DNA from: an uncultured Planctomycetota bacterium
GTDB taxonomy: Bacteria; Planctomycetota; Planctomycetia; Isosphaerales; Isosphaeraceae
DNA length: 64,000 nt
Assembly: GCA_963823665.1 (NCBI GenBank)
Contig: CAWGMQ010000008.1
Span: forward strand, 32,001 to 96,000
Direction: 5' to 3'
Each line of letters opens with the position of its first letter. Positions within the stretch are counted from its first letter, which is position 1. The notes beneath the pieces were generated by a model, which was given only the letters and a program-made list of their open reading frames with translations, was not told where the DNA came from and ran no database searches. Shown piece by piece: positions 27,349-38,315 of this stretch. A program made the position numbers and the translations under genes.

Positions 27349-30300
27349 GTGAAAACGATGGCCCAACTCGAGATCGATCGCAATCTCCTCTTCGGCGTGC
27401 TCGCCCTGCAGCGCGACATGATCGACCAATCGCGCTTTGCAGAGGCCTGCGCCGTCTGGTCTCTGGACATCAAACGCGACCTCTCGGACATCCTGATCGA
27501 GCGCGGGTGGTTGGACAGTGGCGATCGCTGCGAAATAGAGCGGGACATCGAGCGGAAGCTCAGAAAGTATGGAGGAGACGTCCGGGCCACGCTGGGGGCG
27601 CTCGCCGGGGCAGATGTCCGCGATGCGATCGGGGCCGTCGACCACGCCGAGGTACGCAAGTCACTCAACCGCCTGCCGCCTGCCGCGGGCTACGTGTTGG
27701 TGGAGACCCTCGTCAAGTCGAGCGAGCAGCGCTCCCGCTACACTCTGACCCGGCTGTACGCCGAGGGAGGTCTGGGCAAGGTCTGGGTGGCACGGGACAC
27801 CGATCTGAACCGCGAGGTGGCTCTCAAGGAGATCAAGCCCGACCAAGCCCAGAACCCCGAGATGTGGCGGCGATTTCTGAAAGAGGCGCAGATCACCGGA
27901 CAGTTGGAGCACCCGAACATTGTGCCGGTGTACGAGCTGGCGCACCGGCACGAGGACCATCAACCTTTTTACACGATGCGGCTCGTCCGAGGTCGCACCT
28001 TGAGCCAGGCGATCTCGGAGTATCACCGGACGCGCGGCGAGGGGCGGGTCGATCCGCTAGCCCTGCCTAATCTGCTGCAAGCGTTCATCGGCGTCTGCCA
28101 GGCGATTGCCTACGCCCACTCCCGCGGCGTCGTGCATCGCGACCTGAAGCCCGAAAACGTTGTGCTTGGCGGGTTCGGCGAGGTCATTGTGCTCGACTGG
28201 GGCCTGGCCAGGGTTCTCGATCGCCTCGATCACGAAGACTCGCTCCCGATCGTGGATCTCACTGACGACGCGCACGCAGAGGCCACCCGCGCTGGCCAAC
28301 AGCTCGGCACGCCCGCCTACATGGCACCTGAGCAGGCAGCGGGGCGGCTGGATCTGGTTGACCGGCGGACCGACGTCTACGGCCTCGGCGCCATTCTTTT
28401 CGAGATCCTGACGGGTCATCCTCCCCATGAGGCGAGAAATTCCCTTGAGATCTTCGAGCGCATCATCAACGGCGAGACCCCGCGCGCCCGGCGGTTTGAA
28501 CCATCGACGCCAAAGGGGCTCGAAGCGATTAGCTCCCGGGCAATGGCAAAGGAACGCTCGGACCGCTACGAGTCGGCCGCGGTTCTGGCCGAGGACGTGC
28601 AGCGCTGGCTGGCCGACGAGCCGATCTCGTCCTACCGCGAGCCAACGCTCCAGCGCCTTGCCCGGTGGTCTCGCCGGCATCGCGCCGGGATGCTCACAGG
28701 GGGGCTAACGCTGCTGCTGATCGTTGCCTCCGCCAGCGGAGGATTCTATCTGGAGGCAAGGAGAAATCGTCAGGCTCTGGCGCACCGGTCTCCAATTGAG
28801 CGTGGCGTCGAGATCCGACGAGGCGCTGGCGCTCATCGAAATCCACAACGACCGTTTCCCCAGCGCGGAGTTGGTCCTGGAACAGGCGGTGGAGCGCCTC
28901 CGAGGCGAACCCGCGCTCTCGGTCCTTCTGGCGCGCCTGGAGGTGAACCGTGGGCACTTGCACCACCTGGTGGAGTTCTACCGGATCGCCGACGAGGCAG
29001 AGTACCTTGAGATATTGAATTTCGACGACGAGTCGGCGGCAGCGTGCGAGGCCGCGCTGCGGCACTTGAATATCACGGCGCATGAAAAGTGGTGGGAGCA
29101 TCTGCCCGCCGCCCAACTCCTCGAGAGCCGCCAGGTCAAGGAACTTCAAGAGGATGCATACCGGCTCATGATTCTTCTGGCCGGCGTTCGCGCCAAGGAT
29201 GGACTGATGAATTTCGGGAGCCCGGCGGCGGCTGGCGCGTACCGGCGGGCCCTGGAATTGTTGCCCGCTGCGCAGCGGTTCCGGCCGCGCGACCGCTCCG
29301 GCCAGCTCCTCGATCTTATCTGCCGCCACGGCTTAGGGCAGCGAGTCGAGCGGCTGCCCGCCGGGGACCCGCAGAGCGCGGTGGATTATTACTTCCTGGG
29401 CATCCTGCACGTGTTAGTCGCTGACATCCCGGACGACCCCGTGTCGAATTTATTCACCTCGAGGACGCGGGACCTTACCGGCCTCGACTTCAAAAACGCA
29501 CTGGGTACAGCCGAGCGATACCTCCGCACTGCGGCGAGCCTCAAGCCGCAACACTACTGGACGCATTACTGGCTGGGCGTCGCCCTCAATATCGATAACA
29601 AGCCGGATGAGGCCGAGCTTGCTTACAACACCTGTGTGGGGCTGCAGCCCGCGCGCGAGCGGGTACGCTGAGCGCGCAGTCATTATCATTGTTCAATTTA
29701 CTCGCACAAGTGATCCGAAAATCGGGCGCCTGCTTCTCGATCGCGGTATGAGGGACATTCAACTGGCGACTGAACTCAATCCGGACGATCCCAGGGTTCT
29801 CACACGGAGAGCCAGAATCTTCCGCCTGCTTGCGCATCTGCGCGAAATGGTCGAGGCTGCGGCCCGATTGTTTGACCTCTGGGTGTATCGTCACCATGCC
29901 ACTGCCTGGAGCCATAAAGTCGCTCGGAATCAGAGGGAAGAGTTCCTCCAAGCGCTCATGGAACTGACCAGGAGCGGATACGATGATGCGGAGACTTGGT
30001 CCACCATCGCCAGCGCTCACCTGGCGAACGATCGGTTAGACGAAGCGGACCGAGCGGTCGAGCGCGCCCTGGAACATGCGGCCTACAACCCCCGGGCGCT
30101 GGCCGTCCGCGGGACTGTTGCCCTGCGGAGGAAACCGCCCCGCCCTCACCAGGCCATTGCTGATTTCGATGTGGCGCTTGCCCGGTCGCCCAGAAACTAC
30201 CTGGCGGCGACCGGGCGGGCCCAGGCGTACGAGTCGTTGAATAACCTCGAGGAAGCACTGTCCGGTTTCGACCACGCCCTGCGCCGGAGTTCTCGACGGG

Positions 30301-30567
30301 CAGCGGCGCGAGGCCCAACAGAGCCGAGCCCGGATCCTACGCCTTCTGGGACGGACCGAAGAAGCCGCGCAGGCGGAGCACATCGCCCGAGACTTCGTCC
30401 GCATGCCTACGGACACAGGCGTTCCGTCCCACCAGAAGGGCCCGGACATACATCCTTCGGCTAGTCTCGCCCCCGCGGAACCACATAGGTTCAGGCTGCT
30501 TCTTGCCTCCCTGGGAGGAAGGGTCCGGGGCACTCCAGGTCCCGTCCAATTATTGGCGGTACGGTAA
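27349..30567 (+). CDS. Ser/Thr kinase with TM segment and C-terminal TPRs, three apparent frameshifts (~28790, ~29650, ~30295)
   Basis: DRNLLFGVLALQ N-terminus, EGGLG, VALK, HRDLKPEN, DWG, GTPAYMAPEQ. ORFs 27349..29010, 28724..29671 and 29607..30464, then a hand-read frame from 30301 (QRREAQQSRARILRLLGRTEEA) ending TAA 30567. Confidence 0.75.
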
Positions 30568-30569
30568 CC

Positions 30570-32885
30570 ATGCCCACGATCCCCGAGGCCTTGGCCACCG
30601 CGATTCAGCATCAACGGGCGGGGCGATTGCGTGTGGCGGAGACGATTCACCGGCGGATTCTCGCGGCTGACCCCGATCAGCCCGATGCGTGGCACCTGCT
30701 GGGGCTGATTGCATCGGAGGCCGGCAACCAACAAGCAGGAGTCGAGTGCATCCAGCGTGCTCTCTTGCTCAGACCTGAATGGGCCGAGGCGCACTTTAAC
30801 CTGGGAAACACCTGGAAGAACCAGGGAAAGCTCGACCTGGCCATTGCGTCCTATCAGCGAGCGGTGCAACTGAAGCCCGACTACGGCGAGATGCACAACA
30901 ACTTGGGGCTCGCCTGGCGGGACCACGGCGATCTCGATGAAGCCGTGGCGTGTTATCAGCGAGCGCTCCAACTCAAGCCCGGCTACGCCGAAGCACACAA
31001 CAACCTGGGTAACGCTCTCACCAGTCAGGGCACTACGGACGAAGCCACGGCGTGTTATCGGCAGGCGCTCCAGCTCAAGCCCGGCTACGCCGAGGCTCAC
31101 AACAACCTGGGAAACGCTCTCACCCGTCAGGGTAAGCCGGACGAAGCCGCGGCGTGTTATCAGCGGGCGCTGGAACTGAATCCCGGCTACGCCGAGGCTC
31201 ACAACGACCTGGGTAACGTTTTCATGGGTCAGGGCAAGCCCGTCGAAGCCGCGGCGTGCTATCAGCGAGCGCTGCGACTGAATCCTGTCTACGCCGAGGC
31301 ACACAACAACCTGGGTAACGTTTTCAAGGATCAGGACAAGCTGGACGAAGCCGTAGTGTGCTATCAGCGGGCGCTACAAGTCAATCCCGACTACGCCCTG
31401 GCGTACTACAACCTGGGGCTCCTCTGGCAGGATCGCGGGAACCTGGACGAAGCCGTGGCCTGTTATCGGCAGGCATTGAGACTCGACCCTGCCTATGCCG
31501 AGGCGCACAACAACCTGGGGAACGCTCTCAAGGATCAGGGGGCCCTGGACGAGGCGGTTGCCTCCTTCCGCCGGGCCATCGAGCTGAAGCCGGACGATCA
31601 TGCGGCCCACAGCAACCTGCTCTACACGCTGATCTTCTGCCCCGGCTTCGACGCGCGAACAATTCTCGAAGAGCACCGGCTCTGGAGCCAGCGGTTCGCC
31701 GAGCCGCTTTCACGGCTCATTGAACCGCATTCGAACGACTGTTCTTCCCACCGGCGGCTACGAATCGGCTATGTTTCACCTGACTTTTGCGACCATGCCC
31801 AGTCGTTTTTCATGGTGCCTCTTCTCTCAGCACATGATCACGAGAACTTCGAGATTTACTGCTATTCAGATGTCGCTCGTCCTGACGAAATCACGGCGCG
31901 GCTCCGTCCTCTGGCCGACGTCTGGCGGAGCATCGCCGGTCTTTCCGACGAGCAGGTAGCCGCGCTCGTCCGCCAGGACGGGATCGACATTCTCGTCGAC
32001 CTTAGTATGCACATGGCCGGAAATCGTCTCCTGGTCTTCGCGCGCAAGCCGGCGCCCGTTCAGGTCTCATGGCTTGCCTATCCGGGCACGACCGGCCTGT
32101 CGACTATTGACTACCGCCTCACTGATCCCTACATCGACCCTCCGGGGCTTCACGATCAAGACTATTCGGAGGAATCGATCCGCCTTCCCGACGCCTTCTG
32201 GTGCTACGATCCGCTCGCGGAGGAACCAGGCGTCAGCGTCCTGCCAGCCGTGGAGAACGGCTGCATCACGTTCGGCTGCCTCAACAACTTCTGCAAGGTG
32301 AATGATTCGGTGCTGAAGCTGTGGGCTGGAGTGCTTACCGCTGTTGATGGCTCGCGCCTGTTGCTCCTGGCTCCAGAAGGATCCGTTCGCCGGCGAACTT
32401 TGGATTTGCTGGAACGGGAAGGCGTAGAGCGCGATAGGGTGACCTTGGTCGCCAGGCAGCGTCGCCCGCGCTATCTGGAACTCTACCATCGCATCGACAT
32501 CGGCCTCGACACTTTCCCGTATAACGGGCACACCACCAGTCTCGACGCATTCTGGCAGGGCGTTCCTATCGTCACGCTCGTGGGCGATACGCCCGTCGCA
32601 CGAGCGGGGCTGTCTTTGCTCACCAACTTGGGTCTGCCGGAGTTGGTTGCCGATACACCGGACCAATTCGTGAGCATCGCAGTCGCCCTGGCCGACGATG
32701 TGCCGCGTCTCTGTGAGCTGCGGGCGAGCCTTCGTGATCGTCTGCGGGCTTCTCCACTTTCGGATGCGCCGCGCTTTGCCCGAATGGTCGAAGCCGCTTA
32801 CCGTGAAACGTGGAGGCGGTGGTGTGAGAAGCAGGCTGACGTGGGTGTGGGCGAGCCGATCGCTTCTGGCACCCCGAGGCCCTGA
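30570..32885 (+). CDS. TPR-containing GT41 family glycosyltransferase (O-GlcNAc transferase/SPINDLY-like)
   Basis: About ten TPRs (YAEAHNNLGNAL); LRIGYVSPDF, IDILVDL, FARKPAPVQVSWLAYPGTTG, TFGCLNNFCK, LDTFPYNGHTT. Confidence 0.92.
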   Translation: MPTIPEALATAIQHQRAGRLRVAETIHRRILAADPDQPDAWHLLGLIASEAGNQQAGVECIQRALLLRPEWAEAHFNLGNTWKNQGKLDLAIASYQRAVQLKPDYGEMHNNLGLAWRDHGDLDEAVACYQRALQLKPGYAEAHNNLGNALTSQGTTDEATACYRQALQLKPGYAEAHNNLGNALTRQGKPDEAAACYQRALELNPGYAEAHNDLGNVFMGQGKPVEAAACYQRALRLNPVYAEAHNNLGNVFKDQDKLDEAVVCYQRALQVNPDYALAYYNLGLLWQDRGNLDEAVACYRQALRLDPAYAEAHNNLGNALKDQGALDEAVASFRRAIELKPDDHAAHSNLLYTLIFCPGFDARTILEEHRLWSQRFAEPLSRLIEPHSNDCSSHRRLRIGYVSPDFCDHAQSFFMVPLLSAHDHENFEIYCYSDVARPDEITARLRPLADVWRSIAGLSDEQVAALVRQDGIDILVDLSMHMAGNRLLVFARKPAPVQVSWLAYPGTTGLSTIDYRLTDPYIDPPGLHDQDYSEESIRLPDAFWCYDPLAEEPGVSVLPAVENGCITFGCLNNFCKVNDSVLKLWAGVLTAVDGSRLLLLAPEGSVRRRTLDLLEREGVERDRVTLVARQRRPRYLELYHRIDIGLDTFPYNGHTTSLDAFWQGVPIVTLVGDTPVARAGLSLLTNLGLPELVADTPDQFVSIAVALADDVPRLCELRASLRDRLRASPLSDAPRFARMVEAAYRETWRRWCEKQADVGVGEPIASGTPRP
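30780..31620 (+). repeat. 102-bp TPR-encoding tandem repeats
   Basis: 'acaacaacctggg..aacg' and 'gacgaagcc..ggcgtgttatc' recur every 102 nt. Confidence 0.85.
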
Positions 32886-33320
32886 ACTCTCGCGGGTGCG
32901 CCGCGCGGAGGGCAGAGGAACGGTCCTCAACCAAGCGGCGAACCGGTCAGGCGGTTGGAAATCGCCTGGGCCCGCAGGTTGCCCTTCAGGCCGGTGAGCG
33001 CGTGATCCAGAATCCACCAGAAGAGGGCCGCCGAGCGATTCGCCTGTCCGATTCGTGCGCAGCGCATTGGTGACGGTTGCCGCGCTGTTGACCGGATTGT
33101 TGTACCGGTCCAGGGCCTCCGGGGTCTGGCGACAACGAGTTATCCCGGTTGGAGGCCCTGTCCCAGCTTGTGGTCCTTGGCCCGCGTTGCCAGCGTCAGG
33201 TCGAGCGCTGGTGTTGTCTTTGGTGGGGTAGCGGGCCGCAGCCAGTCGACCTCCTCACCGTTCCGAGGCCATAAAACGGTCGCGAAGCGGCGAGTGGCCG
33301 TCGTCCGATGAACGGTGCAA

Positions 33321-36300
33321 TCAGAGCTCGGTGATCTGATCGTCAGAGTTATGCTCGGCCACCGTGTCCGCGCGATCGGTCACGATGAACCAGTCAGCGG
33401 CTGGCGGGGCGCCGCCGTAAAGCGCGTCGACGGCGTTATCGGTGAGGGCGGTACTCGCGTTGAGGAAGTAATTACCCAAGAGCGCCGTCCTCTTTGGGCC
33501 ATTTCCGCTCAAAAGGCTGACGCGCTCCGAGAAGCTCAAGTCGGGCCGATTCCAGACCGCGAAGATCGCCTGGAGCGCGGTCAGGTTGCCATCCCAGATC
33601 GTCGAGCCGCCGATCAAGATGTTATCGGCGCCGCCGCCGGTGAGCGAATCCCCGCCGCCTTCACCGATCAGAATATTCCGGCCCGAACCGCCGACCAGCA
33701 CGTTCGCCTGCGTCGTTCCGACGAGCAGATTGTTGCCATTGCCGCCGGTGACATTTTGAATGTCGTGGACACCTCCGAGTACGGCCGTGGCACCATCGAG
33801 CAGCAGGTCAACGATCACGTTGCCCGGATAGCCTGAATAGCTGAGACTGTTCACGCCACCACCGCCGTCAATGTTGCCGGTGAGCTCGCCCGCACCGCTG
33901 ATGGCAAACGAGTCGTTGCCCGACCCAGCGCGGATATTCGGAAAGTTGCTGAACGCGAGACCGAGCACATTGATCGTGTTGACTCCAGGAATCGCCCATG
34001 ATGTCGCGCTATTCGGCCCGACGAGCGTATCGGCTTCCCTCCCGCCGAAAAACTTGCTGATGCCGGAAAACGTGCCGCCGATGCCTTGGGCGGTATCCGC
34101 TGCAAGATTCACGGTCACCGCGGTCGAAAGGTTCTCGTAGGACACGACGTTGTTTCCGCCCATCCCAGTAACGCTTCCACTCAGTCTGCCGCCGGGATTA
34201 AAAACGAACTGGTCATAGGCTGCACCGACGAGGTTTTCAAATGCCGTGAAATTTTGCGAGTAGATCGCGCTCGTGTTAGAACCTGTGATCTCGCACGTTG
34301 TCTGAGAACGCAGGAACAGCGTGTTGTTGCCGGAGCTGCCTATGAATTTGCTGATCGACGTGAACTTGCCGCCGATGTCCGAAGCGGTGTCAGTCGCCAA
34401 GTTGACGGTCGCCCCGCTCGTCAGAGCCGAGTAATCGAGCGTACTGGTGCTGCCGCCACCGTCGATATTGCCCGAGACGCTGCCTCCCGGTTCGAACACG
34501 AACTGATTGGAGCCCGTCACTCCCACAAGGTTACCGAACGAGCTGAACGCAGCGCCGTCGACCGACTCGGCATTCGGACCGGTGATCATCCAAGTGGCAT
34601 CCGGGCCATAGATGGTGTTATACGAATTGGAACCTCCGATGAAACTGCTTATATTCGAGAACGTGACGCCGATGTCGGGGGCGGTTTGGGCGATCAAGTC
34701 GACGTCGACCACACCCGCAAGCGCCGAATAATCGAGAGTTGAGCCGAGCCCGCCATCGATACTGCCCGAGACGCTGCCTCCCGGTTCGAACGCGAACTGA
34801 GCGGCGCCCTCGAGGTTACCGAACGAGCTGAACAAATCGCCGTCGACCGACTCGGCATTCGGACCGGTGATCATCACAGTGCCAACAAGGGCATTGTTGC
34901 TGTCAGCCGAATTGGAACCTCCGATGAAATTGCTGATATTCGAGAATGTGCCGCCGATGTCCGAGGCCTCATCGGTTTGCGTGTCAACATTGACGCGATC
35001 GGTCCGCTCGGAGTAGTCGAGCGTGTTTGTGAAGCCAGAGGCGCCTTGTAGATTTCCCGAGATGCTGCCTGCCGGCTCGAAGACAAAATCGGCGGGACCG
35101 CCGGCTGCGACAACGTTGGGGAACGACAACAACGAAAAGACCAGGTCCGTTTCGGCGTCGGGACCCGTGATTGCCCACACGTCGCCTGGCACGGTGATGG
35201 TGCTAGCCGGGTTTGCGCTGCCGATCAAGTTCGTGATATTCGAGAATGTGCCGCCGATGTCCGAGGCCTCATCGGTTTGCGTGTCAACATTGACTCGATC
35301 GGTCCGGTCGGAGTAGTCGAGCGTGTTTGTGAAGCCGGAGGCGGCTTGTAGATTCCCCGAGACGCTGCCTGCCGGCTCGAAGACAAAATCGGCGGGACCG
35401 CCGGCTGCGACAACGTTGGGGAACGACAACAACGAAAAGACCAGGTCCGTTTCGGCGTCGGGACCCGTGATTGCCCAAACGTTGCCTGGCACGGTGATGG
35501 TGCTAGCCGGGTTTGCGCTGCCGATCACGTTCGTGATATTCGAGAATGTGCCGCCGATGCCCGAGGCCTCAACGGTTTGCAGGTCAACGTCGACGCGATC
35601 GGTCCGGTCGGAGTAGTCGAGCGTGTTTGTGAAGCCGGAGGCGGCTTGTAGATTCCCCGAGACGCTGCCTGCCGGCTCGAAGACAAAATAGCCGGGACCG
35701 CCGCTTACGACAACGTTGGGGAACGACGAGAACGAAGCGCCCGAGAACGATTCGACGTCGGGACCCACGATGTAACACAGTCCGGGTCGCGCGGTGATCG
35801 TGCTACGCAGGTTCGCGTCGCCAATGAAGTTCGTGATATTCATGAAGTTGGTGCCGATGCCGGTAGCGGTTTGGGTGAGCGCGTCGACCTCGACGACACC
35901 CACGAGCGCCGAGTAATCGATACTTGCGCCGCCGCCGCCGCCGTCGATACTGCCCGAGACGCTGCCTCCCGGTTCGAACGCGAACTGAGCGGGGTCTGTC
36001 CCTCCCACAAGGTTACCGAAGGAGCTGAACGTATCGCCGTCGACCGACTCGGCATTCCGACCGGTGATCATCACGGCGGCATCCGGGCTCAAGATTTGGT
36101 TATCCGAAGCGGAACCTCCGATGAAATTGCTGATATTCGAGAATGAGGCGATGTACGTGGCCGCATCCTCTTGCAGGTTAACGGCGACGCCGTCGGTGTA
36201 CTCGGAGTAGTCGAGCGTGTTTGAGAAGCCTGGGGCGCCTTCAAGATATCCCGAGACGCCTCCTGCGGGCCCGATGTTAAAAAGCCCGAACAAGGTTGGT

Positions 36301-38315
36301 GCCGGCTCGAAGACAAAACGGGCGGGACCGCCGGCTGCGACAACATTTGGGAACGACGAGAACGAATAGCTCGAGACCGATTCGATGTCTGGACCCGAGA
36401 TTGTCCACGTTCCGCCGGGCGCGGTGATCGTGCTACCCGGGATCGCGTCGCCGATGAAGTTCGTGATATTCATGAAGGTGGTGCCGATGTCGGTAGCGGC
36501 TTGCGTCAGCAAGTCTACGTCGACGGCACCTGAAAGCGCCGAGTAATCGAGGGTTGCGACGCCGGCTGGGTCATCGACGTAGCCGGGAACGCTGCCGCCT
36601 TCAAACTTGAAGGTGTCCGTGCCGCCCCCGCCTTCCTCGTTCGCGACCCCGCTATATGTGACAATTCCGAGCGTGGCTCCGATGTCGAGCGTTCCGCTAC
36701 CGACGCCGGTGTTGTGCCAAACGTTGACCGACCCGCTCGGAGTTTCGAGGGTCGTGGCGCTGCCCTGTCCCACCACGTTAATATACCGCACCCCGGCGGG
36801 GACCGACTGAATATCGATCGTGTCAGAGCCTGTGCTGTCCAGGACATCTATTTCCTCTATTTGACCCAGAGCGAAGGATTGCGTTACCGAGCCATCGGTC
36901 TCCTGCAAACCACCTGAGGCGGTCGCGCCAATGGAGATCGTCTGCGCTTCGGCGGCGTCACCGCCCACGGGCAGCGTCAGGGTGTTGTCGGCAGTGGGTA
37001 TGGTCGGGTTGTTAGCGTAAATCGCCTGGATCAGGCTTTCCGGCGCAAAGTCCGTCATGACGATTCCGGTCGGACCGGGATGATCATCGATGTAATTCTC
37101 GGCCATGGCGTTCATGCCGTCGGTGCTGCTAGAATGAAGGACGAGACTTGCCGGGTCCACGATATCACCGAGAAAATCGCTAAAGTCCGATGGCGCGGTG
37201 AACCCAACCCACTCGGTGTCACCGGTCGCCATGTAGCGCGGGAATGCCCAGGTACGTGTATTCGAGAGAACGGCGCCGGGGTCGCTTGCTGTCAAGTAGT
37301 TCGAGTAGAAGCCCGAGAGCGTCCCGACTGCGCCCGGTTGGAGGGGAATGTTCTTGTCGGCCAAAGCAAACTGCGTCATTGCTTCTTGCCATTTTGTATT
37401 GAGGTCGGCCGTGGTGTAATCGTTCTGTTGGCTGTTGACAGGATTTGTTGGCGGGGAGACTTCGGAGAAATTCGCCTCGCTCCAAATACTGGAATCGGGG
37501 AAATTCGGATCGGGGTCCGCCGTCGTCCCCGCGTTCGGCCCCTCGTCTGGCCCCCACTCGGCCCAGTTGTTTTGAATGATGGCAATACGGCCCCGAGCTG
37601 CACCTAGCGTAGCTGGCATGGGCTCAGTGGTGGTCGCTTGGTAGATAAAACTGCTGTATGGCTCCTGGTCAGGAGGGTTCGCCGTAAAACATTCTGATTC
37701 GTAATTTTTGAAGACTTGATCGGCCGTCAGTGTATTTCCCGACCCCTGTGAATCAACCTGGACGCTCATCACGACCGCTTCGGTCGGATTCTGAGCGAGC
37801 CAAAGTGAGACGGGTTGCAGGACGTCGGTGTCGAACATCAACGGGGGCGTGCCGATCGGTAAAGACCCGTGAACAATTTCAAACTGATTGTCGTCCTCCT
37901 GAACGCGAATATCCAGCACTCGAACTCCCTCATTGAGCTGATCCGTCAGATCCAGGGTTTGTGTTTGCGCGATCTCTTGCACGATCGGGGTCGTGAAAAG
38001 GGCTGCTAGAGACGCATATAGCGAATCATCGAAATAACTGTCAAAAAAACCTTCGGCATCAGCTGGTGTAATCGTAGCTGAGCCGGTCATGCTGTCGTGG
38101 GTACCGGGTAGGGACATCTGGTACAACGAGGTATTGTCAGGGACGGAGGCCATCCAGCTATTGCCCGGGAGCGTCAGGCAAACCCGGGTCTCAAGGGGCA
38201 GCAGCTCCAGGTGCAGCTTGAGACGCGCCCGCTTCTTGGGCCGTGCCTTGTGCCAGCCAGCACGCGACTCCGCAGGCGTCAACTTCGACCGCATCCGACC
38301 ATCTCGCTTGATCAT
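33321..38315 (-). CDS. Giant secreted protein: PI-specific phospholipase C X domain, ~100-aa beta-rich repeats, RTX-like Ca-binding C-terminus
   Basis: ATG 38315 with AGGAG RBS; LELLPLETRVCL (LEPR-XLL-like); SLPGTHDS, DQLNEGVRVLDIRV, IVHG, EAVVMSVQ; repeats ..NTLDYS..V.VDL..TFSNITN; GGSGRNILIGEGGGDSLTGG. Confidence 0.8.
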   Translation of the reverse strand: MIKRDGRMRSKLTPAESRAGWHKARPKKRARLKLHLELLPLETRVCLTLPGNSWMASVPDNTSLYQMSLPGTHDSMTGSATITPADAEGFFDSYFDDSLYASLAALFTTPIVQEIAQTQTLDLTDQLNEGVRVLDIRVQEDDNQFEIVHGSLPIGTPPLMFDTDVLQPVSLWLAQNPTEAVVMSVQVDSQGSGNTLTADQVFKNYESECFTANPPDQEPYSSFIYQATTTEPMPATLGAARGRIAIIQNNWAEWGPDEGPNAGTTADPDPNFPDSSIWSEANFSEVSPPTNPVNSQQNDYTTADLNTKWQEAMTQFALADKNIPLQPGAVGTLSGFYSNYLTASDPGAVLSNTRTWAFPRYMATGDTEWVGFTAPSDFSDFLGDIVDPASLVLHSSSTDGMNAMAENYIDDHPGPTGIVMTDFAPESLIQAIYANNPTIPTADNTLTLPVGGDAAEAQTISIGATASGGLQETDGSVTQSFALGQIEEIDVLDSTGSDTIDIQSVPAGVRYINVVGQGSATTLETPSGSVNVWHNTGVGSGTLDIGATLGIVTYSGVANEEGGGGTDTFKFEGGSVPGYVDDPAGVATLDYSALSGAVDVDLLTQAATDIGTTFMNITNFIGDAIPGSTITAPGGTWTISGPDIESVSSYSFSSFPNVVAAGGPARFVFEPAPTLFGLFNIGPAGGVSGYLEGAPGFSNTLDYSEYTDGVAVNLQEDAATYIASFSNISNFIGGSASDNQILSPDAAVMITGRNAESVDGDTFSSFGNLVGGTDPAQFAFEPGGSVSGSIDGGGGGASIDYSALVGVVEVDALTQTATGIGTNFMNITNFIGDANLRSTITARPGLCYIVGPDVESFSGASFSSFPNVVVSGGPGYFVFEPAGSVSGNLQAASGFTNTLDYSDRTDRVDVDLQTVEASGIGGTFSNITNVIGSANPASTITVPGNVWAITGPDAETDLVFSLLSFPNVVAAGGPADFVFEPAGSVSGNLQAASGFTNTLDYSDRTDRVNVDTQTDEASDIGGTFSNITNLIGSANPASTITVPGDVWAITGPDAETDLVFSLLSFPNVVAAGGPADFVFEPAGSISGNLQGASGFTNTLDYSERTDRVNVDTQTDEASDIGGTFSNISNFIGGSNSADSNNALVGTVMITGPNAESVDGDLFSSFGNLEGAAQFAFEPGGSVSGSIDGGLGSTLDYSALAGVVDVDLIAQTAPDIGVTFSNISSFIGGSNSYNTIYGPDATWMITGPNAESVDGAAFSSFGNLVGVTGSNQFVFEPGGSVSGNIDGGGSTSTLDYSALTSGATVNLATDTASDIGGKFTSISKFIGSSGNNTLFLRSQTTCEITGSNTSAIYSQNFTAFENLVGAAYDQFVFNPGGRLSGSVTGMGGNNVVSYENLSTAVTVNLAADTAQGIGGTFSGISKFFGGREADTLVGPNSATSWAIPGVNTINVLGLAFSNFPNIRAGSGNDSFAISGAGELTGNIDGGGGVNSLSYSGYPGNVIVDLLLDGATAVLGGVHDIQNVTGGNGNNLLVGTTQANVLVGGSGRNILIGEGGGDSLTGGGADNILIGGSTIWDGNLTALQAIFAVWNRPDLSFSERVSLLSGNGPKRTALLGNYFLNASTALTDNAVDALYGGAPPAADWFIVTDRADTVAEHNSDDQITEL
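34936..35730. repeat. Near-identical 300-bp tandem repeats (~2.7 copies) within the PI-PLC giant protein
   Basis: 'atattcgagaatgtgccgccgatg' at 34936, 35236 and 35536; lines 35101 and 35401 are identical. Confidence 0.92.

Noticed and set aside
30780..31620. Regularly spaced repeats resembling a CRISPR array
   Set aside because: In-frame 102-nt TPR units; no cas genes.
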